Shown: positions 1-11,721, counted from the first letter of the stretch. The stretch: DNA of 64,000 nucleotides from Marispirochaeta sp. (GCA_963676835.2 CAXXFF010000003.1:320001-384000); one strand, 5' to 3'. Notes: generated from the sequence alone by a model not told the origin. Numbers and translations: made by a program.

Positions 1-2
1 TA

Positions 3-611
3 CTGGCTCTCTCCGAAATTCCAGGGACCAATGAAATAGCCGTCAACGCCACCCGCAGCGTGAATGTTGATCATGAATCATCGGAGGAGCTTTCTGCTGC
101 ACTGTTTGAAACAAGAAAGCAGGTACCGCGCATCTGGCAATACCTGAAGCAGAACGCAGCGGGGTTTCAGAATTCCTTCATATCAACTATCAGTTCCTCG
201 CTGGGCATCCGCGAGAGCAGACGTATTAAAGGCAGTCATACACTCACCGGGGATGAGATACTTAATGCCAGTCACTTTGATGACGCCGTCGCCACAGGTA
301 CATATCCGGTGGACATTCATAACAGCGAAACAGGTTCTGTTGATTTTTTTGAAATAAAAGGATCCGGCCAATATTTTATACCCTATAGCAGCATGATCTG
401 CGATGGTTTTGATAATGTCATAGCCAGCGGGAGATGTATCTCAGCGGATGATATAGCCTTCGGGTCTATCAGGGTTATGGGAACTGTAATGAATACAGCA
501 GAGGCTGCCGGAATCGCAGCAGCACTTGCCCTCAAAAACAGCACCCCGGTAGGTAAAATAAACATTAAAGATTTGCAGGCTCTTCTACGGGCCGAGAATA
601 TGCCAATATAG
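3..611 (+). CDS. FAD-dependent oxidoreductase (FAD_oxidored family), C-terminal part; gene starts before the window
   Basis: Frame is open from the window start. Family motifs GIRESRRIKG, YPVDIH, IPYSSMI, SGRCIS and RVMGTVM..AEAAGIAAA are present. Confidence 0.8.
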   Translation: MALSEIPGTNEIAVNATRSVNVDHESSEELSAALFETRKQVPRIWQYLKQNAAGFQNSFISTISSSLGIRESRRIKGSHTLTGDEILNASHFDDAVATGTYPVDIHNSETGSVDFFEIKGSGQYFIPYSSMICDGFDNVIASGRCISADDIAFGSIRVMGTVMNTAEAAGIAAALALKNSTPVGKINIKDLQALLRAENMPI

Positions 612-640
612 ACTTTCTGCACTATTCAGGAGTTACCTTT

Positions 641-1921
641 GTGGAACTAATAGCACTTTTAATCACCTTTTTGATCCTTCTCTCTCTTGGCGTTCCTGTA
701 GCAATGACCATGTTAGGTTCTTCACTGGTCTATATTTTTCTTAATCCGTCAATTAATGCGGCCAACATAACCACTCTGATTTTAAAAGGCATCAGCGGAT
801 ACTCTCTTCTGGCCCTGCCGCTCTACATTATGGCCGGGGAAATAATGAACTCTGCGGGCATTACCCGAAAGCTGTTTAATCTTCCCTTGAGCATTGTAGG
901 TCATATCCGCGGAGGGCTGGCTCATGTAAACATCCTGGCCAGTATGCTGTTTGCAGGGATGTCCGGAGCAGCTATTGCAGACACTGCCGGGCTTGGTAAG
1001 ATTGAACTTCAGGCAATGGAAGAAGAGGGTTACGATTTGGGCTTCAGTGCAGCCATCACCGCAGCATCATCGACAGTGGGGCCTATAATTCCGCCAAGTA
1101 CAACCCTGATTGTATATGCTGTAGTGGCAGAAGTTTCGGTAGCCCGGCTGTTCATCGGCGGCTTTCTGCCTGGACTGCTGATCGGTCTGCTGATGATGGC
1201 CTATGTTCATTTTATCGCATCAAAACAGTATCACTTTCCCACCCGGCCTAAACAGAATTTGAAAGAACAGATAACAGCAGTGAAGGATGCCTTCTTTCCC
1301 CTTTTAACTCCGCTGATTATCATTCTGGGGATTGTCTCGGGAATCACCACCGCAACAGAAGCTGGCGCTGTAGCAGTTATGTACACCCTGGCTCTGAGCT
1401 ATTATTACAACAGGTTCCCTTTTCAGGATTTTCTTTCCATGCTGAAAAAATCTTCCTACACCACTGTTAAAATCTGTTTTATTGTAATGGCATCCGGTCT
1501 TTTCGGCTGGGTAATTACCATTGCCCAGATTCCTGCCATGCTTTCCGATTTTCTGCTGACCGTAGGAATAAGTAAATGGCTTCTGATGATCATCATAAAT
1601 GTATGTCTGCTTTTCCTGGGCTGTTTTCTGAGTATTACCTCATCAATATTGATTGCCACCCCCACACTGGTTGCCCTTGCGGCTATTTATAATATTGATC
1701 TCGTTCACCTTGGGGTAATAATGACATTGAATCTGACCATAGGGCTTCTCACCCCGCCGGTGGGCTGGAACCTTTACATTGTCAGTGAACTGGCGGGAAT
1801 CTCTTTTGATAAAATGGTAAAAAGCGTATTACCCCTCCTGATTCCGCTGGTAATAGCGCTGCTTCTTATGACCTATCTGCCGGCGACGGTCTTATGGCTT
1901 CCAAACCTTCTGCTGAAGTAA
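641..1921 (+). CDS. dctM: TRAP transporter large permease
   Basis: 426 aa, highly hydrophobic, with GMSGAAIAD, GPIIPPS and GLLTPPVG motifs. SD CAGGAG precedes a GTG start. Confidence 0.9.
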   Translation: MELIALLITFLILLSLGVPVAMTMLGSSLVYIFLNPSINAANITTLILKGISGYSLLALPLYIMAGEIMNSAGITRKLFNLPLSIVGHIRGGLAHVNILASMLFAGMSGAAIADTAGLGKIELQAMEEEGYDLGFSAAITAASSTVGPIIPPSTTLIVYAVVAEVSVARLFIGGFLPGLLIGLLMMAYVHFIASKQYHFPTRPKQNLKEQITAVKDAFFPLLTPLIIILGIVSGITTATEAGAVAVMYTLALSYYYNRFPFQDFLSMLKKSSYTTVKICFIVMASGLFGWVITIAQIPAMLSDFLLTVGISKWLLMIIINVCLLFLGCFLSITSSILIATPTLVALAAIYNIDLVHLGVIMTLNLTIGLLTPPVGWNLYIVSELAGISFDKMVKSVLPLLIPLVIALLLMTYLPATVLWLPNLLLK

Positions 1922-1926
1922 GGGCT

Positions 1927-4900
1927 TTATATAAGGTCCAGTTTGGCAAACTCCGTTTGGGCCTTCAGGAAATCGTAGCTGTCAACGGCGTTCATAAAAC
2001 GACGGAACCCGGGTGTATGGCTGCGACTTCCAAGAACCTTCTGAAGTTCTTCAGCAACCTGAAGGACCTGGGTATCAAATTCATCCAGGAGTACGGTGAT
2101 TTCTTCAACAAGCCTGCGTACAGTTTCAGAATCCGGTTTCAGTTCATCGGCGGAAATCTCTTTTTCCTGCGTAACTGCATAAAGAGAAATCTGGTCAAGC
2201 ACCGGTCCAAGAAGATTAAGACTGCCGGAAAATAATCCGAGAATGTCCTCCCTCTTACCGCGTTTTCTAACAGCAGACTCAAGAACGGCAGCTGCTTCGG
2301 CTATATCATTGGCACCAAGGCTTGCCGCCGAACCTTTCAGTGAATGGGCAAGCCGTTCGGCAGTTACCAATTCCTCGTTATCCATGGCCTGTAAAAACTC
2401 GGATTTGAAGTTTCTGAAAAGATGGAGAAACTTGATAATGAGTCGGGAATAAATACTGCGGTTACCCCCTGCTGTTCTTAATCCTGCGACAGAATCTATG
2501 CCGGTTATCTCTGGTATTTCTTTGTCAACTTCAGAATTATTCTGCTCTGTCTCAATCGCAATATCAGTTACAAGAAAGGAGGGTTTAATCCATTGCAGCA
2601 GAACATTATAAAAGGTTACCGGCTGAAAGGGTTTGTTCAAATGATCATTCATCCCTGCATCAAGAGATTTTTCCCGGTCACCGCTTAATGCATTGGCAGT
2701 CATAGCTATGACAGGAAGGCCTCTATACCTGTCATCCAAACGGATCCTTCTTGTAGCCTCATATCCATCCATAACCGGAAGCTGACAGTCCATAAGAACT
2801 CCGTCAAACTCTTCTTTTTCCAGAATATTAAGGGCGTCCTGTCCATGTTCGGCAACCCGGGTGGTAATCCCTACCCGGGATAAAAGGGCAAGGGCTAGGT
2901 CCTGATTAACAACATTGTCTTCCACCAGCAGAACCTTTGCTCCCCTGAGATTTTCGGTGGCCTTACGAATGAAATCATCTTCTTTCTCACCTTCATCTCT
3001 CTCAGACTGAGAATTACTGACTACCTGCATGACTGCATCATATAAAACCGCAGGCATAAACGGCTTTTCCAGAACATCAATAATATTCGTATCGTCCTGA
3101 ATAAGGTTCAGAGCATCGTCACGGCCATAGGCGGTAATCAGATATACCCTGGGAAGTAAAAATACTTCATCTGCTTCTCTCATCATGCGGTTGAATTCAA
3201 TTCCGTTTTTGTCCGGCATCATCCAGTCGACAAAGGCAATGTCATACTGCCGCGATTCTGCCTGCCGTATCACCAGATCAAGTGCTTCATCGGCACTATT
3301 TACAGCATCAACTTCAAAACCGAACTGCACCAGGTTTTGGGAGAGGATATCTCTGGACGCATGGTTATCATCAACAACCAGAATATAGGGAAGCCTATCG
3401 GACTCAACAGCCATCCGCTTTTCACGAAAGGTCTCTTTTTTCTGTTCTCTCAGGCAGACGGTAAAACTGAAGGTACTTCCGTGGCCCAGAGAACTCTCTA
3501 CCCTTATCTCACCACCCATTAACTCAGTCAGTTTACGGGAAATTGCCAGTCCGAGACCTGTGCCGCCATATTCGCGGGTGATGGAAGAGTCAGCCTGACT
3601 GAACTGCCGGAACAGACGCTTCTGCTGCTCATCCGACATCCCTATACCCGTGTCTCTTACCTGAAACAAAAAGACCGTACCCTCTTCTGTCTGATGCTGC
3701 CGTCTTACGGCGATAACAATTTCCCCATTTTTGGTAAACTTCACCGCGTTGTTAGCCAGGTTAAGCAGTATCTGCCCGAGCCGCAGGGCATCCCCGGAAA
3801 GAAAGGTATTCATATCTGCCGGGATATCATACAGAAGCTCAAGTTCCTTTTCTTTTATTTTTAATGAAAGTAGATTTCCGAGGTGGGAGAAAACATCCTC
3901 CAGGGAAAAATCCTTTTCTTCAAGCTCAATTCCACCGGCTTCAATTTTAGAAAAATCGAGGATATCATTTAAAATCCCCAGTAGATTTTCGGCCGAGTTA
4001 TACACCATTTCTATATAACGCCGCTGAGTCTCATCCAAAGCGGTTTCCAGAGCCAGATGCGACAGCCCGATTATAGCATTCATGGGAGTGCGGATTTCGT
4101 GGGACATATTGGCCAAAAACTCTGATTTCACCAGAGCCGCTTCTTCCGCGGCATCCCGTGCAGCAGCCAGTTCATTTTCAGTTTTTTTGCGGTCACTTAT
4201 ATCTTCTATCAGCCCCTCAACAGAAGTTAGATTTCCGTCTTTATCAAAAATCGGATGATTGGAAACAACTATGGTGCGTATACCGTTATCGGGGTGTCTA
4301 TAGCGCAGTTCAAACTGTTTGTAACTTGCTTGCTCCTCAATCAGGTCATGAATCATGGCTACAGCTTTATCAACTTCACCGGGGAGCCATTCATGTATAG
4401 CCCGCCAATCCCTGCCGATTACATTTTCTCTACTTATACCGAAAACATTCTTAATACCTTCGCTGGCAAAGGTAAGGATATTATCAGCCGTATGGCTGTA
4501 GATGAAAAATTTATCCCCCAGATCCTCAATGAGGGTCGCATACTGTTCCCGACTTTTTTCAAGCTCAGTTTCAATAATTTTGCTGCGGGTAATATCCACA
4601 GTCCAGCCCAGCATCGCTTCCTTTCCTTCATATTCGAAAGGATAAAGACTGAATAGCACATTACGGAGACCTTCGGGAGATAGAATCTCTGCTTCATAAT
4701 TAACACAGGAGCCTTCTCTGCGGAAAATATCAAAAATATTCCGGTAATCATGCTCACGCATGAGACTGTCTCTTGGATCAATGCCAACCTCAAGGCCCAT
4801 CATCCGGCCTGCGGGGTTTGCATATACCACAGAAAAATCAAGGGTTATCCCTACACCGACAGGGCTTGTTTCTAGTATTCGTGTCAGCCGGTCCCGCTCT

Positions 4901-6699
4901 TTTTTAACCGCCTGCTGCATTTCATCTTCAATGGAAATATCCCTAAGGGTTGCAACAAAACTGCTTTCCCCATTAACAATCATTACATTGGTGGCAATCT
5001 CAATGGGAATTACCTCACCATTTTTCTGAATACCTTTAATTTTAAAACGCCTGCCGAGAATTCTGGGACGTCCCCCGTTGTTATAACTTTCAAGAGCCTG
5101 GCTGACAATATCCCGGAACGGTTCATCAAGCAGTGTTCCTACAGGCTTTCCTATAACCTCTTCACGGCTGTACCGGAAAATTTCTTCAGCCTCCGGACTG
5201 AACTCGGTCAAGTTCCCATATTTATCTATAACCAGAATTCCATTCATGGCTGTCTGGATTATACCCGACAGCCAGGCAGTTCTCTCGGCAACCTGTTTTT
5301 CCAGGTCTTTTTTTGCTGCATCCAGCTGTCTGTTTATCTCTTCTACTTCAGTAACATCTGCAAATGTTTCAAGGATAAGCCTTTTTCCATCCCGTTCCAG
5401 GGATGATACATATTTTAATACCGGGATTGTCTCCCCGTTCTTTCTGGTTATGGTTCTTCTCAATCCCTCTGGGAGACCTGTATTTAGCAGCACATTGTGG
5501 CAGTCTTGATGTGTATCGGAACAGCTGAACCCTCTACATTGATGTCCAACAATTTCATCACGGTCACGGCCCAAAAGGTTGAGGGCATACTCATTCACAT
5601 CAACAACTACATGAGCATCAGGATCAATAAGTAATATACCGGTAGCAACTCCGTCGAGCAGCCGGGAAAGATACAGTTCCTTCTGTTCCAGATTCTCGAG
5701 CATCCGGTTTATTCCAATACTCAGATCAACTATTTCATCTTTCCCTTCAATCCTGGTACGCCTGCCGCGGTTATTATTATCAATGGTACTTACCTGGTTA
5801 ATAAGCGATTCGATCTTCCGCAGAATCTTTTTGGATATAAAGCTGTAATAAAACAGGGCAAAAGCAATTATGATAGCCAGCATGGCCATGTAATACCCTT
5901 TTACCTGGTTTTGAATCATTATATATGGAGAGCGATCTTTTAAAACGCTTAGTTCAGCAAGGATATTTCCATGGGTATCAGGCAAAAAAGTGCTGATCCG
6001 GGCGGTATAGGTATATGGATAACTGATATAATCAGCACCGGCATGTCTATTTTCATCACCTGCTTTTGCAGGAACCGCTTTTATATAGATGTCCATGCCC
6101 ATAAGAGAAGAATATTCCTGAAGAATTTCTGAAGAGACTCTGGATACAAAATACATCCGGCCCGCCTGGGGGCCCCAGTCACGGCTCATAAGCACTGGCC
6201 GGGAGACGATAAAACCGAGAGTCCCGTCTTCCAGCCCGATAAGGCCGCCCCGTATCCCTTTATCCTCGTTTACCAGAGGCAGCTGCAAATTCCTGACTAC
6301 ATTCCGTATCTGTGTATCAAGGTAAAGGTTCTCCCGGTACTTTGAATCAAGAGCCCTGGAATAGACCGGTTCACCGGCATTATCGGTAATTAAAACTGCG
6401 GTGATTCCCAGTGAGCTAAATGTCTCGGGGACAAGGTTGGATTCAACATATTCCATATTCCCATTCTGAACAAACTCATAGGTATCATCCCAGCTTGACC
6501 AGTCGTGGAGGATATAATCCAGATTTATTATTAAGTGCTCAAGAAGCTTACGGGCTCTGTAAAGATCACTTTCAAGTTCCTGCTCTTCCCGTTCTACATT
6601 CTGTTTTTCTATTATACTTCTGGAAAGGGCAAACTGGCCTGCAAAAAGCAGCAGAAGGAAAAATAACAGGGAGATGCTGTAGAAATGTCGGAGTTTCAA
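1927..6699 (-). CDS. Hybrid sensor histidine kinase: TM-CHASE4-TM-HAMP-multiple PAS-HisKA-HATPase-REC-REC-HPt
   Basis: CHASE4-like [12 protein letters not shown]-box [35 protein letters not shown], two receiver domains (DWMMP, DCQLP) and HPt AHSLKG. Confidence 0.92.
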   Translation of the reverse strand: MKLRHFYSISLLFFLLLLFAGQFALSRSIIEKQNVEREEQELESDLYRARKLLEHLIINLDYILHDWSSWDDTYEFVQNGNMEYVESNLVPETFSSLGITAVLITDNAGEPVYSRALDSKYRENLYLDTQIRNVVRNLQLPLVNEDKGIRGGLIGLEDGTLGFIVSRPVLMSRDWGPQAGRMYFVSRVSSEILQEYSSLMGMDIYIKAVPAKAGDENRHAGADYISYPYTYTARISTFLPDTHGNILAELSVLKDRSPYIMIQNQVKGYYMAMLAIIIAFALFYYSFISKKILRKIESLINQVSTIDNNNRGRRTRIEGKDEIVDLSIGINRMLENLEQKELYLSRLLDGVATGILLIDPDAHVVVDVNEYALNLLGRDRDEIVGHQCRGFSCSDTHQDCHNVLLNTGLPEGLRRTITRKNGETIPVLKYVSSLERDGKRLILETFADVTEVEEINRQLDAAKKDLEKQVAERTAWLSGIIQTAMNGILVIDKYGNLTEFSPEAEEIFRYSREEVIGKPVGTLLDEPFRDIVSQALESYNNGGRPRILGRRFKIKGIQKNGEVIPIEIATNVMIVNGESSFVATLRDISIEDEMQQAVKKERDRLTRILETSPVGVGITLDFSVVYANPAGRMMGLEVGIDPRDSLMREHDYRNIFDIFRREGSCVNYEAEILSPEGLRNVLFSLYPFEYEGKEAMLGWTVDITRSKIIETELEKSREQYATLIEDLGDKFFIYSHTADNILTFASEGIKNVFGISRENVIGRDWRAIHEWLPGEVDKAVAMIHDLIEEQASYKQFELRYRHPDNGIRTIVVSNHPIFDKDGNLTSVEGLIEDISDRKKTENELAAARDAAEEAALVKSEFLANMSHEIRTPMNAIIGLSHLALETALDETQRRYIEMVYNSAENLLGILNDILDFSKIEAGGIELEEKDFSLEDVFSHLGNLLSLKIKEKELELLYDIPADMNTFLSGDALRLGQILLNLANNAVKFTKNGEIVIAVRRQHQTEEGTVFLFQVRDTGIGMSDEQQKRLFRQFSQADSSITREYGGTGLGLAISRKLTELMGGEIRVESSLGHGSTFSFTVCLREQKKETFREKRMAVESDRLPYILVVDDNHASRDILSQNLVQFGFEVDAVNSADEALDLVIRQAESRQYDIAFVDWMMPDKNGIEFNRMMREADEVFLLPRVYLITAYGRDDALNLIQDDTNIIDVLEKPFMPAVLYDAVMQVVSNSQSERDEGEKEDDFIRKATENLRGAKVLLVEDNVVNQDLALALLSRVGITTRVAEHGQDALNILEKEEFDGVLMDCQLPVMDGYEATRRIRLDDRYRGLPVIAMTANALSGDREKSLDAGMNDHLNKPFQPVTFYNVLLQWIKPSFLVTDIAIETEQNNSEVDKEIPEITGIDSVAGLRTAGGNRSIYSRLIIKFLHLFRNFKSEFLQAMDNEELVTAERLAHSLKGSAASLGANDIAEAAAVLESAVRKRGKREDILGLFSGSLNLLGPVLDQISLYAVTQEKEISADELKPDSETVRRLVEEITVLLDEFDTQVLQVAEELQKVLGSRSHTPGFRRFMNAVDSYDFLKAQTEFAKLDLI

Positions 6700-7760
6700 C
6701 CGGGCTCTCCGTTATTCTCCCGGGAAGATGAGACGATATCCGCATGGGTCTGTATGATCTCAAGAATTTCCTCCCTGCTTGCAAGAAAAGCCTTGATCAG
6801 TTGTGGATCAAAATGTTTACCCGATTCTTTTTGCAGATGATTAAATGCATCATCAATACTCCAGGCTTTTTTGTAGGGACGCTCGGAGGTAAGGGCATCA
6901 AAAACATCTGCAATTGATAGAATCCTCCCCACAAGAGGAATATCCTCTCCGCTCAAACCGACGGGATACCCTGTACCGTCCCATTTTTCATGATGAGTCA
7001 ATGCAGCAATTCGGGCGGTATTGAGAAGGCGGTCGTTATGATTACCTATAATTTCAGCACCGAATTCACAATGCTTCTGCATAACAAGCCGTTCTTCATC
7101 GGTCAGCCGTGCGGGTTTCATAAGAATGCTGTCGGATATTCCTATTTTGCCCACATCATGCATGGGAGCAGCATTCAGGATAATATCAGCTTCACTGGTA
7201 TCCAGTCCAATTTTACGAGCGATAAGTCTGGCAAAATAGCTCATCCGGATAACATGCATACCCGTCTCATTGTCTCTGTACTCAGCAGCCAGACCAAGTC
7301 GCCGGATAATCTCCAGACGGCTTTTTGCAACTTCTTCTGTACGCTGACTCACCTTCTCTTCAAGTATTCTGTTCTGATTATATAAAGCAAGCTGAGTTTT
7401 TACCCTGGCCATTACAATAGGAGGGCTTACCGGTTTGGTTATATAATCGACTGCTCCCAGTTCAAACCCGAGGCGCTCGTCGTCAACCTCTCCGAGGGCG
7501 GTAATAAATATAACCGGGATATTACGGGTACGAGGGTCAGCTTTCAGGCGTCGGCAGACCTCATAGCCATCGTAGCCAGGCATCATAATATCCAGAAGTA
7601 TAATATCCGGTGGATTTTTGACCGCCAGCAGCAGGGCGGTTTCACCGGAATTCGCAGCCAGAACCCGGTAGGTACTGGACAGTATGGACGAAAGCAGAGT
7701 TATATTATCTGGTAAATCATCTACAACCAGTACAATCGGTTTTTCCGCTGCCTTATTCAC
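6696..7760 (-). CDS. Response regulator with HD-GYP phosphodiesterase domain (RpfG-like)
   Basis: Receiver domain (VVDD, LDIMMP, KP), then [20 protein letters not shown] and [14 protein letters not shown]. Overlaps the kinase start by 4 nt. Confidence 0.92.
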   Translation of the reverse strand: MNKAAEKPIVLVVDDLPDNITLLSSILSSTYRVLAANSGETALLLAVKNPPDIILLDIMMPGYDGYEVCRRLKADPRTRNIPVIFITALGEVDDERLGFELGAVDYITKPVSPPIVMARVKTQLALYNQNRILEEKVSQRTEEVAKSRLEIIRRLGLAAEYRDNETGMHVIRMSYFARLIARKIGLDTSEADIILNAAPMHDVGKIGISDSILMKPARLTDEERLVMQKHCEFGAEIIGNHNDRLLNTARIAALTHHEKWDGTGYPVGLSGEDIPLVGRILSIADVFDALTSERPYKKAWSIDDAFNHLQKESGKHFDPQLIKAFLASREEILEIIQTHADIVSSSRENNGEPG

Positions 7761-7796
7761 GGTTCAAAGTGTAATTTATCCTTTCCTGTATAGCAA
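7761..7796 (-). promoter_or_regulatory. Sigma70-type promoter, probably leaderless
   Basis: Minus strand reads TTGCTA-N17-TACACT-N7-GTG with no SD. Confidence 0.55.
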
Positions 7797-7925
7797 TTAG
7801 ATTTATGACTCCGCTGTTAAAAAACTGCCACCGTCATAAAAATTATTGCACAATCCGCCGTTTTTTTTTACAATTACGGGGACTATATTTTTTGGATACT
7901 ATTCTGCACCGGGGAGGATTCTACC

Positions 7926-9086
7926 ATGCAGTCACTTTTTCGTTTTCCTGTTATTCTGATCTTGTCTTTTCTGGTTATTCCCGGCTTTGCAGACACCCTT
8001 GCAATCCCAAATGCTGTTGTAGGAGATGATGTTCCGTCAACCGTAAGCGTCCCTGTTGCTGATAAAATAGCAGAAGCAATTGTCTCATCCAAAATTTTTG
8101 ACGTTCTTGATCGTGCCTATGTAGAGCAGATTATGGAAGAACAGAACTTTCAGCTCTCAGGTATTGTCAGCGAAGACGAAATTGCCAAGGTTGGAGCCTT
8201 TATCGGTGCCGACTACGTCTGCGTCTCCCGGGTTACCCGTATAGAGATGATATACTCCATCAGTTCCAAGATTATCGAAGTTGAAACCGGTAAGGTAGCA
8301 GCCCAGACATCTGCAGAAGCTGCAGGAACAACCATGGTAATATTCAACCTGGCAAGTCAGGTAGGAAACAAGCTTGTTGCCTCCCTTGGCGGCGAGGTTC
8401 CGGAATCCGCGGTTGCCGCCGGTGCTGCAGGCACTGCGGCAGCAACTACTCCGACGGAACCGGCTAAACCAGCTCAGGAACCTGCCCAGAAGCCCGTCGA
8501 ACGGCAGAGACCGGTTACTACCACCAACACCTCCTCCCAGCCCAGCCAGAAGAATTTCAGCCATTTTAATTTTAACTGGATGATTCCTACTTTTGGAGGC
8601 TCCGCTGCAGATGTTTTAGCCAGTTACTATTCTGGATCGGAAGAAATTACTCCCAACGGATTCGATATGCATCTTCTCCTTGATTCAACTGAAGGTCTGT
8701 ATCTCGGCCTCAGTCTGGGATATGGATGGCAGGATGTGGTAGATAGTGCTTACTCAGTAGATGGTACGGACTTCTCGGTGATGGACCTTCGGGTGACTAT
8801 CGGCGGCCTGATGCCGATTGGTAATGTGTTTTCCACCTATGGTGGGATTGGGCTTACCTACACCGCATTAATGCTTGATGAGAATTGGGGCACCTTTGAA
8901 GGGAATGTTGATAGTGGTGTAGGACTTTGTTTTGAGGCGGGCGCTGATCTATTCTTTGGTGATGTTTGCCTTTCCGCCAGATTGAACTATACCTATGTTC
9001 CAGAATTATCGACCGACGAAGTATTCGCTTATACCGAAGATCTGGATGTCCTCGGTATAATGATTGGATTAGGCTTCGGATTATAA
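7926..9086 (+). CDS. Exported protein with CsgG/HfaB-like N-domain, Ala/Pro/Thr linker and probable outer-membrane beta-barrel
   Basis: Signal peptide; FDVLDRAYVEQIMEEQNFQLSG...IGADY...KIIEVETGKV; low-complexity linker; amphipathic strands ending GLGFGL. SD GGAGG. Confidence 0.65.
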   Translation: MQSLFRFPVILILSFLVIPGFADTLAIPNAVVGDDVPSTVSVPVADKIAEAIVSSKIFDVLDRAYVEQIMEEQNFQLSGIVSEDEIAKVGAFIGADYVCVSRVTRIEMIYSISSKIIEVETGKVAAQTSAEAAGTTMVIFNLASQVGNKLVASLGGEVPESAVAAGAAGTAAATTPTEPAKPAQEPAQKPVERQRPVTTTNTSSQPSQKNFSHFNFNWMIPTFGGSAADVLASYYSGSEEITPNGFDMHLLLDSTEGLYLGLSLGYGWQDVVDSAYSVDGTDFSVMDLRVTIGGLMPIGNVFSTYGGIGLTYTALMLDENWGTFEGNVDSGVGLCFEAGADLFFGDVCLSARLNYTYVPELSTDEVFAYTEDLDVLGIMIGLGFGL

Positions 9087-9088
9087 AT

Positions 9089-9655
9089 CTATTCGACCAA
9101 ATCCGCTGTCTGAACAACAGCCTTGAACATACCGGAACGGGAGTAGTCCATGGAAATAACGCGGACTATTCCCGTTTTTTTATTGCTTGTACCCAGAGCA
9201 TCCAGAACAGCTTTCTGCCCGGGCTGCATGCGGATTCGACTGCCGGAATAGAGGTCGTCAAGAGAGAATTCAACGGTAATCTTCTCTTCATTTGTATAGC
9301 TGACAGCGGTTTTCGGAATAATTTCCATTGATAATTCCATTAGCTGCAGCTCACCGGCACTCCCTGCGGGCTCAGTTTTCTTGATTGGCATGGAAAACTC
9401 CCTGGAAGTACTCACGGAGAAAGCACCGCCTGAAGCAGTAAACTCCTGAAAAAGGTAAGCGGCAGCTTCAACGGAAGCGGTTCTGGCAGTACTTCCCACA
9501 CGGCCGTTCAGAATATAGACATCCACAGTTCGTTCAACTTCTGTTTTATCCGCTGCAGGTTTCTCTTTTGACCCGAAGGCAAATAAATTGGCAGAAAGAA
9601 GGGTGGATATAATAATTGCAAGCATCAGTACATAAAATCTGTTTTTCATAAACAT
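9089..9655 (-). CDS. Hypothetical exported protein
   Basis: 188 aa ORF with signal peptide ending LFAFGSKE and SD GGGAG. Confidence 0.65.
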   Translation of the reverse strand: MFMKNRFYVLMLAIIISTLLSANLFAFGSKEKPAADKTEVERTVDVYILNGRVGSTARTASVEAAAYLFQEFTASGGAFSVSTSREFSMPIKKTEPAGSAGELQLMELSMEIIPKTAVSYTNEEKITVEFSLDDLYSGSRIRMQPGQKAVLDALGTSNKKTGIVRVISMDYSRSGMFKAVVQTADLVE

Positions 9656-9782
9656 CTCCCGGCTGTAACAGCCTCGCTAGAGGAATATACCGCCATGCTT
9701 TCACTATTTCCACAATTTTTAACCCTCCTTTCTTCTAATGAAACAATCTGATGACTCTATTTACTACCAAGGGGAGTAACTA

Positions 9783-9818
9783 TTGAAAAAGGACACCCTT
9801 GGCTGGTAAGTTGTTCTG
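9783..9818 (+). promoter_or_regulatory. Sigma70-type promoter, probably leaderless
   Basis: TTGAAA-N18-TAAGTT (preceded by TGn)-N6-GTG with no SD. Confidence 0.4.
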
Positions 9819-10910
9819 GTGCAAAATCTTAATATTCTTTTTCTTGAACCTTTCTATGGCGGGTCACATAAAGCCTTTGCTGACGGCCTAGTGCAAAACA
9901 GCAGACACACCTTTTCTCTGGTTACCATGCCTGCCCGCTTCTGGAAATGGCGAATGCGCGGAGCCGCTCTATATTACCTGGAAAAAATTACAAACTGGGA
10001 AGAATACGACCTTATTTTTGCCACTGATTTGATGAGCATCTCCGATCTTAAAGCCTTGTGTCCTGCAAAGCTTCCCCCTGTAATACTCTATTGTCATGAA
10101 AGCCAGTTGTCTTACCCCCTACCTGAAGGGGAACAGATGGATTATCAGTTTGGTTTTACCGATATAACCAGTGCCCTGGCGGCAGATAGCGTTCTTTTTA
10201 ACTCCCGCTTTCATTTTGACCAGTTCTTTAAGGAACTTCCCCGGTTTATACGTAAAATGCCGGAATTCCTGCCAAAATGGGCAGAAGCTGCAATAAGACA
10301 AAAAAGCCGGGTGATCTATCCCGGGGCCTCCCTTCACCAGTTCAGTAAAATAACCAAAGAAGCCAATAAAATTCCGAGGATTCTCTGGAATCACCGATGG
10401 GAATTCGATAAAGATCCTGAGCTTTTTTTTGAAGTACTTGAAGCCATAGACAGAAAGTCGATTGATTTTGAACTCATCCTGCTTGGTGAGAACTTTCAGA
10501 AAGTACCAAAAGCCTTTATCGCTGCCAAAGAGCGCTACGGAAAACGTATTCTAACCTACGGTTATGCTGAGAGCCGGGAAGAGTACTACCAGTGGCTCAG
10601 GTCGGCAGATATAACTATATCCACGGCCATCCAGGAAAATTTCGGTCTGTCTATTGTTGAGGCCGTCGCAGCAGGCGCGTATCCTCTGCTGCCGAAACGG
10701 CTATCGTATCCGGAAGTGATTCCGGGCCGCTTCCACGCCGACCATATTTATGAGAGCAAAAAAGATCTTCAACAGCGCCTCGTGAAACTTCTCACAAATG
10801 GAGTGCCGGATACCACAGCTTTGAGTTCAAATATGAACATTCACGACTGGTCCAATAGAATTACGGAATACGACAGTTTCTTTTCCGCAATGATGGAAAA
10901 AGAGTGCTAA
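9819..10910 (+). CDS. DUF3524 + GT-B glycosyltransferase (GTDC1/QTMAN-like)
   Basis: EPFYGGSHK, PARFWKWRMR, HESQLSYP, FNSRFH, WNHRWEFDKDPE, QENFGLSIVEAV and LSYPEV match the GTDC1 family as I recall it. Confidence 0.85.
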   Translation: MQNLNILFLEPFYGGSHKAFADGLVQNSRHTFSLVTMPARFWKWRMRGAALYYLEKITNWEEYDLIFATDLMSISDLKALCPAKLPPVILYCHESQLSYPLPEGEQMDYQFGFTDITSALAADSVLFNSRFHFDQFFKELPRFIRKMPEFLPKWAEAAIRQKSRVIYPGASLHQFSKITKEANKIPRILWNHRWEFDKDPELFFEVLEAIDRKSIDFELILLGENFQKVPKAFIAAKERYGKRILTYGYAESREEYYQWLRSADITISTAIQENFGLSIVEAVAAGAYPLLPKRLSYPEVIPGRFHADHIYESKKDLQQRLVKLLTNGVPDTTALSSNMNIHDWSNRITEYDSFFSAMMEKEC

Positions 10911-10911
10911 T

Positions 10912-11721
10912 ATGGCTAGAAAAAAGAGCAAACCAGATTTTGAGACCTGGTACTCCGACCTGTTCAAAGAAAGATGGAAAGAACTCCGTCACAGCATGGA
11001 AAAGCCAGGAACCCATTTTGAACTTAACAGGGGTTTACTGATACCATATTTTCTGGACAGGGCGTCCCTTTATCCGGTAGAAGCCCTGAAGCTGTCTAAG
11101 GCTGAACATATTCTCGATATGTGTGCCGCTCCCGGCGGCAAAAGTCTTGCCATTGCGACACAAATGCCCGAATCGGCCCTTCTAACCTCAAATGACCGCT
11201 CCGCCAATCGAAGGGGACGCTTAAAAAAAGTTCTGGATGAGCATCTTCCGGAAGGTATCCGGGCCAGGGTTACCGTCACCGGTCACGATGCATCCCGTTG
11301 GGGGCTCCATGAACAGAACTGCTATGACCGCATTCTTGCGGATGTTCCGTGCTCCTCCGAGCGCCATCTGGTACAGGATCCGGTCTACCTGAAAGATTGG
11401 AGCCCCGCCAGAACCCGGCACCTTTCGGTGCAGGCTTACGCCATTCTGGCAGCAGCTTTTACCGCCCTCAAGCCCGGCGGCCGAATCGTCTATTCCACCT
11501 GTGCACTTTCTCCTATGGAGAACGACGAAGTAATCCGCAAACTTAAAAAAAAGCACGGCACATCAGCAGTGTTTTTTTCAGATAGTACCTGTAACTCTCC
11601 GGATACTGAAAATAGTGGTGAAGCCACTGAATTCGGCAGGATTATTCTACCCGATACATGCGGAGGGTTGGGTCCGATTTTTTATGCATGCATCGGAAAA
11701 CTGGATGGTTCCCCTGCCTGA
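10912..11721 (+). CDS. RsmB/NOP2 (NOL1/NOP2/Sun) family RNA cytosine-C5 methyltransferase, catalytic domain only
   Basis: LDMCAAPGGKS, DRILADVPCS (motif IV Cys) and YSTCALSPMEN (motif VI Cys). Confidence 0.9.
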   Translation: MARKKSKPDFETWYSDLFKERWKELRHSMEKPGTHFELNRGLLIPYFLDRASLYPVEALKLSKAEHILDMCAAPGGKSLAIATQMPESALLTSNDRSANRRGRLKKVLDEHLPEGIRARVTVTGHDASRWGLHEQNCYDRILADVPCSSERHLVQDPVYLKDWSPARTRHLSVQAYAILAAAFTALKPGGRIVYSTCALSPMENDEVIRKLKKKHGTSAVFFSDSTCNSPDTENSGEATEFGRIILPDTCGGLGPIFYACIGKLDGSPA

